A stretch of 64,000 nucleotides of DNA from Octopus vulgaris (GCA_951406725.2 OX597832.1:66526001-66590000), one strand, 5' to 3'. Positions 1 to 13,024 are shown, numbered from the stretch's first letter. Notes: generated by a model from the letters alone, not told the origin. Made by a program: numbers and translations.

Positions 1-1690
1 TCATTGTTTCTTTTTAGGGTTGCCGTATATGCCTTAGTCAGAAGAGACTGCTAAGTGTTTTCTGGAATGCAAAGTAGCTTCAATGATTTCCACGTTCTTC
101 TTAGATATGATTCACTTATATTTTAATATATGTTATTTCAATACTTTTATTATATTTGGGAAAGTATGGATTAATATATTCATTGTTTTTTTTCTGGAAT
201 TAATTTTGTTTTCTATTGTCACATTTGATCTAGAGTGTCTGATTTGCACAGCATTTTATTGAAGTAAAACAAACACTCATATTGATATTTAGGCACGTTA
301 TCTCGTGTTTAAGGTCGTTGACAATCCCTGAAGCCTTCCAATGAATACAAGTCTTAGTGTTTTCCAGAAGTTTATGGTCGCTTATTTTCAGCCATGCTTA
401 CAGTGCAGTTATATTGTGTCTTCCTATTTCATCCAAAGTCTAGTTTCGATGCAGCGTTTGCTTTTGTTTTATATTTTATCCCCGCATTGATTGAATCCCA
501 CTGATGGCAGTTTGTAACCTAATGTTATACAGTTTTGCTCATTCCACCTCATATTTGATTTAATTAAGAATAGCTCATATATCTGAAATCCTTATCAAAT
601 GTGTTATTGCTTACATGATTTTCTGAAGCTTCACTTTTCCTTCCAAATGTTTTTTTATACACACACACACACACACATACAAGCACATGCGAACGCGCAC
701 ACACACACACACATACACATGCACACGCACATATCACAGATCTCCCGTATTTGGGTTCCATATTTTACTCATACGTTGGTCCTTTTCAAATTCACTAAAA
801 GAAAAATACGTATTGTTATTTTGCCATTTGTATGCACTTTCTTTTCTTTTTATGAAGAAATGGCTAAAGGTGATTGAATCCCATAGAAATAAGTCAAAAC
901 TATCACTGCCAAAGTATTTTAGAAATCATTTATTCCATCAATATTCAGATCTTTTGTTGCCATAGAGACATACAGAATATTTTGCAGAGCCTTCTAACAT
1001 TTATCTTCCTTTTTTCCACAGACAGGCTTATGTTGACTCATATCGATCGATTCCTGGTTAATTCTTGTTTTTCCTTTTGTTTGTAGTTTCTATTAAATTT
1101 TCTCAAGTCAATTCCGGTGGTTCAACTGTAGTCTGTGATTGTGTTCTGTTGGCTGTTGGGTGGGGAGATAAGTGTACACCCAAGATCACTCTGTCTAAAC
1201 AATTCTCTCATAGTGGACATCTATATTCTCCATTTTATTTTTGCTTTGTGTTTCGTTTCTGTCTGATGTAAAACCATGTTTTCTTGGATACATTCTGTAG
1301 CAGTTTTACAATTCGAGGATTTCCTTTTTTTTTTGTATGCTTAGTCGCCCATATTGAGTCGCTATTTTGGTTACTTTTATGGATTCATGATATATATGTG
1401 CATCAGGTTCTAAAATTATACTTTTCACTTGTTTGAGATGGAACAATGTTTATCTGTGCAGTCAGCTGGTTTGTATTTTTCAGCTTCTTTTTTTCTATTC
1501 TTAGTATTTTTCCTATCCTTTATACTATTTATTATTTGAGAATTTGTTATTGCGCTATATAAATTTTCGTACAGTCACAAATTATTATTCTCTCCCCTAT
1601 GATGTTTGCGTTTGTTGGAAATATTGTTGACGAGTAACAGGCATAGAAGATTTCAGCGTCTGGTTCAGCGTTCTATTTTAATTATCAACT
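1..1690 (-). pseudogene. Heavily decayed non-LTR retrotransposon (probably R4/Dong-like), region upstream of and entering the RT
   Basis: Purine-rich minus strand with LINE-like composition and a remnant resembling the NYRPITCL motif near 370-390; no intact ORF; interrupted by (CA)n at about 660-735. Boundaries approximate. Confidence 0.35.
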
Positions 1691-1925
1691 TTGGAACCTA
1701 AGAATAAAGGGCAGTTATTTGTATTTTCTGGCGTCTCTGGAACATGTGCAACATTATTATCTCATCATGATCTCAATAAATTTACAGAACGAAATGCAAC
1801 GCATGTAATGCTGAGTCCTCTTTTGATTGCATCATTTTATTTTTCTTTCAAGTGCATAACTTTTATTTTAAGAAGGACCTTTCTTTTAGTTGATATTTAA
1901 AAACTGTTACACCTTATTTTGTATA

Positions 1926-2330
1926 GGCGCATGCGTGGCTGTGTAGTAAGATGTTTCCTTCCCTACCACATGGTTCTGGGTTCAGTCCCGCTGCGTGGGA
2001 ATTTGGGCAAGTGTCTTCTACTACAACCTCGGGCCGAAAAAATCCTTGTCAGTGGATTTCACAGAGGGAAACTGAAAGAAGCTCGTCGTGTATATATATA
2101 TGTTTGTTTGTTTGTGTGTGTGTGTGAGTGTGTGTGTGTATGTGTTATGTGTGTGTGTTTGCGTGTGTGTGAATGAATTTGTGTTTGTCCACAATCACCT
2201 CTTGTGTGCTGGTGTATTTCCGTCCCCTTAACCTTGCAGTTCGGCCCAAGATGCGAATAGAATAATATTCGGTGCTCCAGCATAGCCGTAGGAAAATGAG
2301 TGAAACATGTAACTGAAGAGTAAAAGAATA
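1926..2330 (+). mobile_element. tRNA-derived SINE (family A)
   Basis: Head GGCGCATGCGTGGCTGTGTAGTAAG...GGTTCAGTCCC with A/B-box-like motifs and an internal (TG)n; aligns by eye with copies at 17527 and 19999. Confidence 0.85.
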
Positions 2331-2499
2331 TTCTTAATACATATCTTTGCTTTGTTTTCGAAAGCCTTTTAACTTTCATTCTTTCGAATCAATAAAATGA
2401 ATTAATACTGAAGTATTGAAATCGACAAATCCCCAACCATGGAGATTGTTATTGTCTTGCCTCAATCATCATGATAATAATGAAAAATTATAATGAAAT

Positions 2500-3130
2500 T
2501 ATTGTATACATTGCTCAAGTGCACCACAAGTTATCAAAAAGTGTGTATAAAGTATATGCAGTAATGTACAAAAGTCTGGAAAGCGGACAATGTATGAGTC
2601 AGAAAATGCTTGCTTGTGTATAGAGGGGAGAAAATCAGGTGTAGTGTTGGCGTATCTCAGGAAGCATGGACGTTTTGAAGGATACAGTGCTCCGACAACT
2701 AACAACTGATGCCGGCAGTCTGTTCCATGCTTCAGCAACTCTTAGCGTGAAAAAATGTTTCCGAAAGTCATGGGACCTGTGCTGTTTTCTGACTTTGTAA
2801 ACATGTCCACGGGTGTTAGACAGGTGGAGTTTGAAAAGGTGTTCAGAGTTATTGTTTGTAAGATGGTTAATAATTTTATGGGTGTCTGCCAGACGTCGGA
2901 GTTTCAATGTGTCCATGCCCAGGGAAGTAAGGCGTTCAGAATATGGCAAATGCCTGGTGGAGGGTATTCCCTTGTTTGCATGTCGCTGAACGGCTTCTAG
3001 ACGATTAATATCCTGGGCAAGATAGGGGTTCCAGACCGGTGATGCAAATTCCAGGTGAGGTCGTACCATAGCTATATAAAGCCGCAGATAGATAGCCGGG
3101 AGAGCGGCTCACAAAGGACTTGTTGCTCAT
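2500..3130 (-). pseudogene. 5'-truncated CR1/L2-like LINE, C-terminal RT region and 3' end
   Basis: ORF 2635..3069 reads VRPHLEFASPVWNPY..DINRLEAVQR..YSERL..L..RR..TRGH..K..RKHFFTLRV..AWNRLP..VV..FK, the conserved CR1-group ORF2 C-terminus. Confidence 0.85.
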
Positions 3131-3325
3131 CTTCCTCTTTCTCCCTTCCTCCCTTCCCCTCTTCCTTCTCCTCATCATCTTAATCACCACCCTCAACTCT
3201 ATTAGCTTTCCGGGTTCTAGTAATAAGAAACATTTGATCACTTGGGTCGATGTTATCGATTTACTTGCTCCACCTAAAATTGTAGGTCGTGTGCCCAAAG
3301 TAGAAATGATTATCGTTATCATTCT

Positions 3326-3877
3326 TGAGTGAGAGAGCAGCGCATGCCATAACAGTGACACAAGGATACAAATATACGAAGCCCAGTATAGCCATCATGA
3401 CTACACGTCTGATAAGGGTGCATCAAGCACATGCATCTCAACCATATGTGCGCGGCTTGATCATTTCATGTCAAGTTAAACAGTGCAAGATCCTGCAGGT
3501 GTGGCCAAGCTAGAAAATTCTTCTGGTCGAGTAGCCCATCCCGCTCAAAAGGTTCCCGAAGAAGGGTTGCCTAAGTATATTTAATTTAATACCCATGTCA
3601 CTAGAGGTGAATTATTCAAACCCCTAGGAATGCTTCTCAACAAATGGCTATGATGCTCCCCACTACTTCTGCTCGGGATCAGAGATGCAAATATCGTCAG
3701 CCACTAAGGGAGTACTCAACTGTTTACGGTCAAATAACTGACAAGCAAATCTGTGGTATTCAGCAGAATCTTTGCTGTAGACCATATTTTATACCAAAAG
3801 AATACATGTCCATGAATACATTTACAATCAGTTAAGGTCAGAAGCCATGAGAGCCGGTACTGCAACAGGGCATTTCT
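3326..3877. repeat. Dispersed repeat, copy 1 (probably a retroposon 3' end on the minus strand)
   Basis: Colinear with 55144-55700 (TGAGTGAGA..GCAG..CCCAGTATA..CATCATGACTAC..GCCATGAGAGCC); the second copy abuts a (TAT)n tail. Confidence 0.75.
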
Positions 3878-3904
3878 GATTTCAAATTTCGTCCAGATCC
3901 ACAT

Positions 3905-4249
3905 TACCTTTCATCCTTTTGGAGTCGATGAATTAAGTACCAGTTAAACACTGGGGTCGCTATAGTCGACTAGAACCCCCCGCCTAAAATTTCAGGCCTT
4001 GTACCTTTTCTAGAAAGGATTATTATTGGTATTGTTAAGGTGGCGAACTGGCAAAATCGTTAGGAACCTGGACGAAATGCTTAGAAGTATTTGACCTGAT
4101 TCTACGTTCTATGTTCAAATTCCGCCGAGGTCCATTTTGCCTTTCATCCTTTCGGGGACGATAAATTAAGTACCATGGAAACACAGTGGTCTATGTAATC
4201 AACTTAACCACTCCCTCAAAATTTTAAGCCCTGTCACTATAGTAAAAAA

Positions 4250-4250
<1 letters not shown>
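3905..4250 (+). mobile_element. Two tandem SINE copies (family B): partial 3905-4027 and near-complete 4038-4250
   Basis: CCTTTCATCCTTT(T/C)GG..GAT(G/A)AATTAAGTACCA core shared with 13025-13257; (TTA)n tail follows. Confidence 0.8.
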
Positions 4251-4285
<35 letters not shown>

Positions 4286-4301
4286 TTTTATTATTATTAT
4301 T

Positions 4302-4336
<35 letters not shown>

Positions 4337-5209
4337 GGCTGCTGCTGTTGGTTTTACTGTTGTCCTTGTCATTACCTGCACTCACCAGCCTCATACTCAT
4401 CATCATTTTAATCATTATCATCATCCAAATCAATTATTAGTCATCTTTCGATCTGTATCATCATTATCAACGTTGCTGGTATTCTGTATTGTTCTTTCTA
4501 TATTTTTGCAACTTTTTACTCGCGAAAATTGATTATTCTTTTTGTCCTCGTAGATTTAGTCGGTTTATGTCTATGTATGTTAGTTACTTTGAGTCTGTCG
4601 CCCTCATCAATGCTAATATTTCAAAAGAAAGGTTACTCTCAACCGATACTTCCCTTTAGCCAAATCAACCGATAGCTTTGTTGATGAAATTGCCTTCTTA
4701 TTGCCTCTCAATTTCTTTTCCGGCTTCGGTTGTGTATTTATGTTTTTGTTCGTTTCTTTCTCATCCATTTTCTTATTCGATTCTAAACTTGCATTTCCCC
4801 CCCTTCTTCTTCGGTTGTCTTGTCATTATGATTAGCCACTATTCAAACTGATTAGTCATTCATTGGTATTTTATTGGCTCAAACTAACAGTACGAGTTAT
4901 TTTCATTCTTCGTTCTTCGTTTATCACTTCGCTGCTTACAAAAATTACCTCTCTCGAAAACGAAACTAAAAACATAGCTAGGCCAAGAAAAAAACATGAA
5001 AGAATGTAGAAATAAATCTATATAAAAATGCTCAGAAACTCGTTGAAATTCAAAGTTAATCTTTTGCACAAATTTCTAATTTATAAAATCTTTATCATCT
5101 TATCATGTTTGTAGACATAAACATACGTAGGCACCCTCATATATACACACGTTTATGAGTTAATATAAAAATATACATACATGCATACATACGCACACAC
5201 ACATATATC

Positions 5210-5633
5210 TACAATATTTTATCAAGGGCAGTTACGAGAACTAAAGCGACACGCTGGAAATAGACGCTACATTTCATCAAATTTAATAGATAAATATTAA
5301 ACAGTGCTGAATTATTTTGGTTATACACACGTGACTGAGACGAACAAGATGTATAAATGTGAACATTTGTATATTCTCTGTGGATGCGTTGTGTGTGTAT
5401 GGTGTGCATAAATGTTTATATACATTTATTTCTGGTTATGTCATACTGACGAAAGGAGAGCGTATTACCTCGCTGACCTTGAAATCGTTTTGATATACGG
5501 CTGAAATTTTTCAAAATTTTTTCTTTGTTTATTCCCTCGATTCCAGTGCGAGTGTTTATTTGATTAAGTAGCTTTGCGTCTATTTGCAGCGTGTGGCTTT
5601 ACTTCCCGTAAGTACCCTATATATAATATTGTA
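5210..5633. mobile_element. Old fold-back element (Penelope pLTR-like) with a decayed hammerhead motif
   Basis: 5210-5290 is a diverged inverted copy of about 5550-5633; between them CTGACGA (5446) - stem AAGG..CCTT - GAAA (5481). Confidence 0.55.
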
Positions 5634-6164
5634 CTTATAACATTATATACCTTTATTGGTTTCACAAGCTGGCTATTTTACAAAATCTTATATAGTTTTT
5701 ATCCTTAAATTGTTATATATATATATATAAAGAGAGAAAGAGTGTGTGAGAGAGAGAGGGGTAGCTAGAAAAGCAGTGACAGAAAAGAAATGAAATTATT
5801 ATAAATCGATATCCGCCTATCAATACTTATGACAAATTATTGTTCGAATTAACCTAATTCTCAAATTTTTCTTCCTTGTGCAAATGGAAATGCGGTGTTG
5901 AAATTATCCATCCAAGGTTTGCTAGAGACGCCATCTGATTCAATGGGTTTAAATAGATCACAAATGGAAGATGGACAAGCAAATTAATTGGCGTTACGTA
6001 AGTATTCTCAAATTACGTCAAATGATATGCTTGTCCACCGCTGTCACTCTTTTTCTCTCTCTGTATGCATGTATGTGTGTGTGTACTTTTACCGTTTCTT
6101 CTGGCTTCAATTAATGATGTTTTAAGACGCAGTTGCTAAAACAATGAAACAGTGTTTCTATTAC

Positions 6165-6269
6165 CTTTAACTCAGTCACAGAGTTTTGTGATAAAAATGA
6201 ACAAAGTGCGCTGAGGTTTTACGACATATCTAAGCATTGTATATATTCGTGATTTTCTAGTTTCCATAC
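6165..6269 (-). other. Candidate 105-nt exon of the minus-strand host transcript
   Basis: Acceptor ggttaaatttcAG (AG at 6271-6270) and donor AAG|gtaata (6164). Phase-1 reading GMETRKSRIYTMLRYVVKPQRTLFIFITKLCD*VK contains a TGA near the end. Confidence 0.3.
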
Positions 6270-6393
6270 CTGAAATTTAACCTTCATTGTATTCGTTGAA
6301 ACACTCGAAAGATAATTAAGTACGCATTCTTGCGCAGCCCCCTATCACACACACACATGGAGGTATCTATATCTTACCCATTTTAATTACATG

Positions 6394-6444
<51 letters not shown>

Positions 6445-6596
6445 AGAGAGAGTGGAAGACAGAGAGTGGAAGACATTAAGCACACGCACATGTTCACACT
6501 CATGCACCCACATATGAACACACACGCATACATACAAATACGTATTTATCTATCTATGTATCTAACTATCTATATATCTATCCATCTCTCTCTCTC

Positions 6597-6657
<61 letters not shown>

Positions 6658-7479
6658 TAACGACTGTGTGGTTTCTTTGTTAAACACGCACAAACACACG
6701 CTTTTAGATTATAAGTAGATAAAGAGGTTAATTTTCTTCTACGTAAACGTTCTATGCGATCGCTTCACATAGCCTAACATAACTTTCTCTATTTATTTTA
6801 CACGTGAATAGATTCTATCGCAGAGTTTACCTCCGAATGATTTAAATATGAAATCCCAAGTACATCTACTCTGTTTCATATGTACTGCATTAAAGTTGCA
6901 GTAATCTGGTTTCTATACTGAGAAATGCATCAATATGAAATTATTCAATGCACTGGAGAAGAATAATGTTTCTCAAAATTATATACTATTTAATTTCATT
7001 GCCTTACTGATGAATATTATGATCATCTTATTATATTTACTTAAAGATTTTGGTAGGTTTGATGCAGTGGTTCGATCTAATAACACAAGTTTAGTCTCTT
7101 ACTTAACCTAATATCAGTTCGAAGTTATATTTCTGCTGATATTTCACTTCAGTATATGCAGTGGTTTTTAGTAAGACTTACATGTGATTTTGTTATTGAA
7201 CATTGCATTTTAAATCATAACGGTTATCAGTGGGAAATGCTCACTGACGCATATGTCTCACAGTCATTTGCGATACTGAAAATAAATATCTGCGATACTG
7301 AAAATAAATATCTGATACATTTTCCACATGTCTTTCCGGATATGAGCTATTGGTGTTTATAGATCTATAGCATATCAATAATTGATCTCGTTGTACATTT
7401 AGCCATAATTACGATTTGCTATAATTAAGCCATATGTTCGTCTGATGCGGTTGCTATTATGCTAATATCAGTTCGTTTT

Positions 7480-8745
7480 GGGATTTGGCTTGCAAGATAC
7501 TTTATGTGAGTTCGTGTGTTGAAGCATATTCTGTTGTGTCTGGGGAGAGTTACTCTCTTTTAGTGCCTTAACACTCTCACCGGTAAAATTTCCACTTAAT
7601 TCCTACTGCATTTTTGCAAAATTTTCGTTGGTTCTTGCAACATTTTCAATAGTTCAAACTAATGAAAGGGTTACAAGACGCAACGAAAAGTTTAGAAAAA
7701 TAAAGAAAGAAATGAGTGGAAATTGTACCGGTGCATGTGTTAAATTATAAGGCACTAAAAGAGTATAGATGAGTTGCAAACTTGCAGTTGCAGCGCTAAT
7801 AATTAACTGGTAGTAGGAAGGTAAATGTGTAAAATAAGATGATGTTAGTGTTATGACATTAAAATGAAAATGGAAACAATTGTGAAAGGCAAGGCGTGAG
7901 AAATGGTAAGAGCAACGGAGAAAGTGGCTATGAATTGCGTTGAGAATGTTGTGGTTTGTGTGGAAATTAATTTTGGGTGTTCTTTTGTCAATGCATGGCT
8001 GTTCTGTCGTATAGATTGTATAGGGAAAGGGTTAATGTAAGAGCAATTGGATGAATTGCTTAGCTTTGTTTAGTGGTGCTCGTGGGGCAGAAGTTGCCTT
8101 TGATGCTGCATGTGAGTATAATAATGGTTATAAATAAGTTGGCAGGTCTGCAGGCCCGCCTGAAGGAAGAAGCAAAAAACACTGGTTAGTTTTAATGCGT
8201 GGTAGCAGCGTGTGCTAGAAATAACAGTGAAAAATTTCATAATTCCTTAGTGAAACGCGTGCAGTTGCATTTCTGAAAAAGGCTACGTACCGAATTCAAC
8301 AAAATGAATGAATGTGCTTTAGTTGATCAGTATTGCTTTGATAGAGCAATGTTGTGAAAGAGGAGACGAGAGCAATGGTAAGAAGAAAGGAGACAGTGAT
8401 TATGAATTGCGTTCCGAATGTTGTTTGTCGTATTCATAAGAAAGTAGACAGCTAGAAGAATGAAGAAAGATATCCGTGGTTCTATAGTGGTGTGGGGTCG
8501 TTTGAACTCTCCATACGCTAGGAAGGTTAGAGGTGCAGTGGATGACAATATATTTCACTTCACAATTTAGCATGTGGTTCATATATGTTATCATCTTTCA
8601 TTGCCCCGTCGCGAGAAGTAAGTTTTATTTGCCTACAGTGGTAATGAAATGAGAATGAAATGTAAGGGACAAGGTTTTGGAGATTCCGGTTGGAATGCAA
8701 GGCAGGTCTGAAAGGGTTCCCAACAGTTATTAATAGCAGTGGTAG
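7480..8745. mobile_element. Decayed Penelope-like remnant with inverted terminal segment
   Basis: Inverted repeat about 7548-7655 / 7659-7766; 7481-7526 is homologous to the reverse complement of 27510-27556, the end of the PLE at 26-27.5 kb. Confidence 0.5.
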
Positions 8746-8789
8746 TGTTTGTGAGGAATATATATGTATGCCTATATATACATGTGAGG

Positions 8790-9061
8790 TTAAAGTGAAA
8801 TTATCTCACATTGCAATGGAGAAATGTTATTGCTTCAGTTTTGACACGTAATACTGAGATAGTGTAAGAGATAAGAGATTGCTCTAGGCTCGCATTAGGC
8901 AAGAAGTTGAAAGTTGTTTTGGCCTATGACATTACATGGATCCTAAGTAAGGCTTGTGTAAAGTTTGAATGAAATCGTTTGAGTAGTTCTAGAGGTTTTG
9001 GGATTCACACAGACTGACAGACAAACAGACACACATTCTCAGCTTTATATATATACATAGA
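8790..9061 (-). mobile_element. Non-autonomous Helitron, 5' part
   Basis: Minus strand starts TCTATGTATATATATAAAGCTGAGAATGTGTGTCTGTTTGTCTGTC, similar to the 5' end of the Helitron at 59951; left boundary approximate. Confidence 0.6.
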
Positions 9062-9930
9062 CTAGCTAAGGTTGACCCGCTCTACGCGCGGGTAACAGTG
9101 TGGTTGTTACTTTCTGTTGCTTCCTTTCTGTTTATTATCACCACATTCTCCCTCTTTGTTTCTCTCTCCTTCCTCTCTCACTTTCACACTCTCTTACACT
9201 TCCTTTCTCTCGGACACTCCCTCGCTTTCTCTTACTCTCTATCTTTCTCTATCTATCTATCTATCTCCCGTTCATAACTTGAGTAAGTTGAGAATGAAAA
9301 TATTTTGAAAGATCAATCATAAATATCAGGCAGTGACAACCGAAAGGTTTGCTTCAAGGCGGAAAGCAAAACACTAACATTTAAAAGGGACAGACGAACT
9401 TGCGAGCTGAATAAAAACAAAAAAATATTGGAAACGAAAGATTGAAGTGATAGAATGTGAGGATAGTAGAGTCACCATGGCTGGCATTTCTTAACGACGG
9501 ACAGCAACGTAGTGGCAGTTTAACGGCAGGTGCAAAATTTTGAACTTGTTGTAAAAGAAAATTCCTGAACACCAAGTTTTGAAGTGATTCTTTCTAACGA
9601 CAGAAGACTCACAATGGCAGGCATTCAAAACTTCTTCATGATGAAAGGCAACGCATTGACGATTTAAAGGCTGCCGCAATTTTTTTAGCTTGGTGTAACA
9701 GAGAATTCGTAAACACCCGCTCCTGTAAATTTTAATCCCCTTCAAACACCATTTACACCACTTTTCACATTTTGCTTAATATAACCCGATTTCATTCGGG
9801 TCTACTCGGGCCAAATTTTATAAGATGAGAAATTTTGTCACGCCTTTCATTTGAGGAAAAAAATACTTGCCATGCAAATTCGCCAGTACTTTTAACATAG
9901 GTATACATATTTTCAGCTCAACCGACCACA
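9062..9930 (-). mobile_element. Non-autonomous Helitron, 3' end at 9062
   Basis: Minus strand ends ACCCGCGCGTAGAGCGGGT (GC hairpin) CAACCTTAG CTAG, the canonical Helitron 3' terminus; right boundary approximate. Confidence 0.6.
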
Positions 9931-9934
9931 TTAT

Positions 9935-9998
<64 letters not shown>

Positions 9999-10099
9999 GC
10001 ATTAAATATATATATGTATATATATACGCATTATATATATATATATATATATATATAGATATGTGTATGCGTGTACGCATTATATATACAAACGTACAC

Positions 10100-10136
<37 letters not shown>

Positions 10137-10300
10137 TATGTATATATATATATCTATATATATATACATACATATATATATATATATTTATATATATATA
10201 TATATATGAATACAGATATATACTCTTTGTATATATACATTATATATACATATTTATATATAGATATACACGCAAACTCACACGCATACACATATATAAA
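9935..10300. repeat. (TA)n-rich compound microsatellite
   Basis: Directly visible; source of YI-repeat ORFs. Similar tracts occur at 6397-6440, 6601-6654, 22490-22570, 23087-23158, 23530-25240, 27565-27628, 30835-30990, 36411-36955, 53860-54055 and 59835-59932. Confidence 0.95.
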
Positions 10301-12062
10301 TTAACCCAATAAATATCTGATGTATGATATTTGTTCTCATGATTTTGTGGTTGTAGTGGTGATAATAATTCTCTCTATGAATGCAGATAGACGTAGAGAG
10401 AGAGAGAGGATGTGGGAGAAAGACTAACATATTTATGTTGTTATATTTCATATTAAGTGTTTATATTTCTACATTGTTATCCCGAAATTCTTAATATAAA
10501 TATGTGGATATTGGAATAGAATAATAACTTGTGTCCTACATGTGAAGTCTGAATTTGCTTGTGTGAATGTTTTAGGAGAAATATCTGCAATTCTTATCAT
10601 ATACAAAATTTTATTAATCTGCTCTATATACGGGCGAAAAAACAGTTGTACTATATAGTGGAGCTTTACCTTCATTACAATTCTTGTATTATACATTCAT
10701 GAACATAACAAGTTTTATTCTAGTAGTTTAGTTTAAAAAACGTTTATAAACTACTAGTTTATAGCAGTTTATAATACCCGTTAATATCTCATCTTTTCTC
10801 ATTTGTTATGCCTAAGATATTTATTTTGTGTTCTGGCTTTTCTATATCTGTTCATTTTAAAGGAAACATAACAGAGATTTTGTCCAGTTCTAGCTAAATC
10901 TTATAACGATCCTTGTACGAAAAAAAGAAATGACCTCAGGACATTTTTGTCGGATATTCTTTCATGTTTGTAATGGATGGTGATATGTGCGCTAGTTTTG
11001 CGAGAGCTGAAGAAGTGCGACGATTATCGTATCTTTTAGAGAGAAACTTGAGGGTCCGTATGTAAGCGACGACATTATTATGTATAATTGAAGAATTTCT
11101 AACTGAATTTCTTCCTTTGGTCTCGTTTAGCTACAGGGATAAGTCGCATTCTTGTCTGTCTCCTGCAAAAGCTTGTTTCACCAGCATCAGCCCTTGTCAT
11201 TGTTAAATAGCACTTACCGTTTGTTTTGACCGTCCCGTGTTTGTTGCCGAGCCGAGTCGTTACTCCACAAATGTTTTGCCAAAGCTGCTCTTCCTATATC
11301 ATGTTTCAACATAACTGTAATATATTATTTTATATGTATAGATTATTTTGATAACACAATGTCTCTAATTCGTTATGGTGGCATCCGTTTCCATTTGATA
11401 ATTGACTTGTTTGAACCCAAGGAATAGCCAACGCATTAATTCTATAACGTAACAATTTAAAGGAATATTAAAGAGAATTTTTAAGAACATGAACTCTCTG
11501 TTTAAAGAATCAAATGAAAAAGAGGGAACATTTTTGTAAATAGGGGCAGGTTAATGTTGAATATTTAAGAGAATTTGTAGTCTGTAAGCAATTCCAGAAC
11601 AACAAAAGCCGTTACTTCCACTGCAAAATTTAAATTTCATTTGTGTCTAAATATTTTCGTTCTTTGAAACCACGCAAAACCCTGACAAAAATTATTGCTG
11701 CATCTGTTTTGTCAGTCTCGATTTCAAAGAGATAAAAATATTGAGATTGAAATGAGATTTAAATATTGCAGTGAAACCAACCATTAGTGTGCGTGTGTTC
11801 TTGAATGGTTTACAAACATCTACTCTTCAATTGCTTTTGTTTATACCATTATGTAGGAGATAGAATCGTAAAGATTTTGTGCGCAAATTTTGTTTTCATC
11901 TTCGGTTATAGCATAGATGAATTTTAGTCTGAAATGCCACCTTCGGCCTCCAGGACGCGTTGATCGGCCCGAGGCTATGGTTGAAAACACTCAATGGCGA
12001 ACAGAGGTAGGGAGAAGAACAGGACAATTCACACAGTCTGATTTTTTCCCTAAAGAAAATGG

Positions 12063-12487
12063 GGGTGTTTTCGGTTTGAACGGCAGTTTTTAACATAATT
12101 TCTAGGTAACTAAAAAATTTTAAACTTCGTATACTGGTAGAATGTGTTTATAAAACATCTTTTTCTCTTGGCTTTATTGAGAAAATTCTATAGTTTGTAA
12201 GATATTTGTTGTTTTTTTCTATAATTTCTGCAATTTCAACCAATCACTGACGTCCATTGAGGTGAACAACATTCTGTGCCGTATGAATATGCCCCTTGTT
12301 TAAGAAACAGATTGGGTTTATTTACATTTGTGAAGAAAAAAAGATACCATTCCCCCCACCCCTAACCCTAACTAAACCTAACCCTAAAATAGATTGAAAT
12401 GCAATAGATCGATACTAGGGTCATAATTATGGGTGACAATTTCATATGACACCGCTAGAAAAACTGCCGTTCAAACCGAAAAGATCC
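12063..12487. mobile_element. MITE with about 28-bp TIRs and a near-perfect 8-bp TSD (Merlin- or hAT-like)
   Basis: Left GGGTGTTTTCGGTTTGAACGGCAGTTTTT, right AAAAACTGCCGTTCAAACCGAAAAGATCC; flanks GAAAATGG / GAAAATTG (7 of 8 identical). Confidence 0.8.
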
Positions 12488-13024
12488 GAAAATTGATATT
12501 TTTCCCAATCACACGTTTCGGGTGCAGTCCCACTACGTTGGGTAAACACCTTGGGCAAACACCGGAGTTTAAAGGACATGTTGTTGTACACCTTTTACAC
12601 TGTTTTAATTTTTTTGGCTCGGGTCAAACACTAGAGTTTAAAGGTCGTGGTCTGTCGATGTGAATTCTCCGAGTCCTCTACATCACGCCCCGGTTCGCGA
12701 GCGCGCATTTTTTCCTATTCGTTTACAGCGATTTGTTGTACACCTTTTACACTATTGTCTTTTCTTTTGCTCGGGTCAAACCATTTAGTTTGACAAAAAA
12801 TTCCAAACATCGACGTTTATTTTCCAGAAACGTAGGTTTTAACGATTCCTGGCTATATGTTGCTATCTCATGTTGTTTATAGTTCCTTTTGTGAAAGAAT
12901 GAGTTAATCGCCCCGTGAACTAGCCTAAAAACCGATTTGCATAACGTTACAGGAATATGTTTTCATATGGAATATTAGGTGAAGCTGGATCATTGTTACC
13001 CCTAGAATAATATTTTTCAAAAGA

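Noticed and set aside
5971-6003. Plus-strand ATG..TAC|GTAAGT possible first exon (MDKQINWRY)
   Set aside because: Isolated donor with no supporting downstream exon.
8223-8266. GAAACGCGT palindromic loop III motif
   Set aside because: The 5' core is absent (GTGAAAA) and the triplet is GUG; too degenerate to call.
11000-11062. CTGAAGA..GAAAC..GTC hammerhead candidate
   Set aside because: Stem I does not pair and stem II does not close next to GAAA; at most a decayed relic.
12555-12781. Spaced short direct repeats, superficially CRISPR-like
   Set aside because: Only two imperfect copies of each with irregular spacing, eukaryotic context and no cas genes; local duplications like those at 7269-7312, 35259-35318 and 62833-62890.
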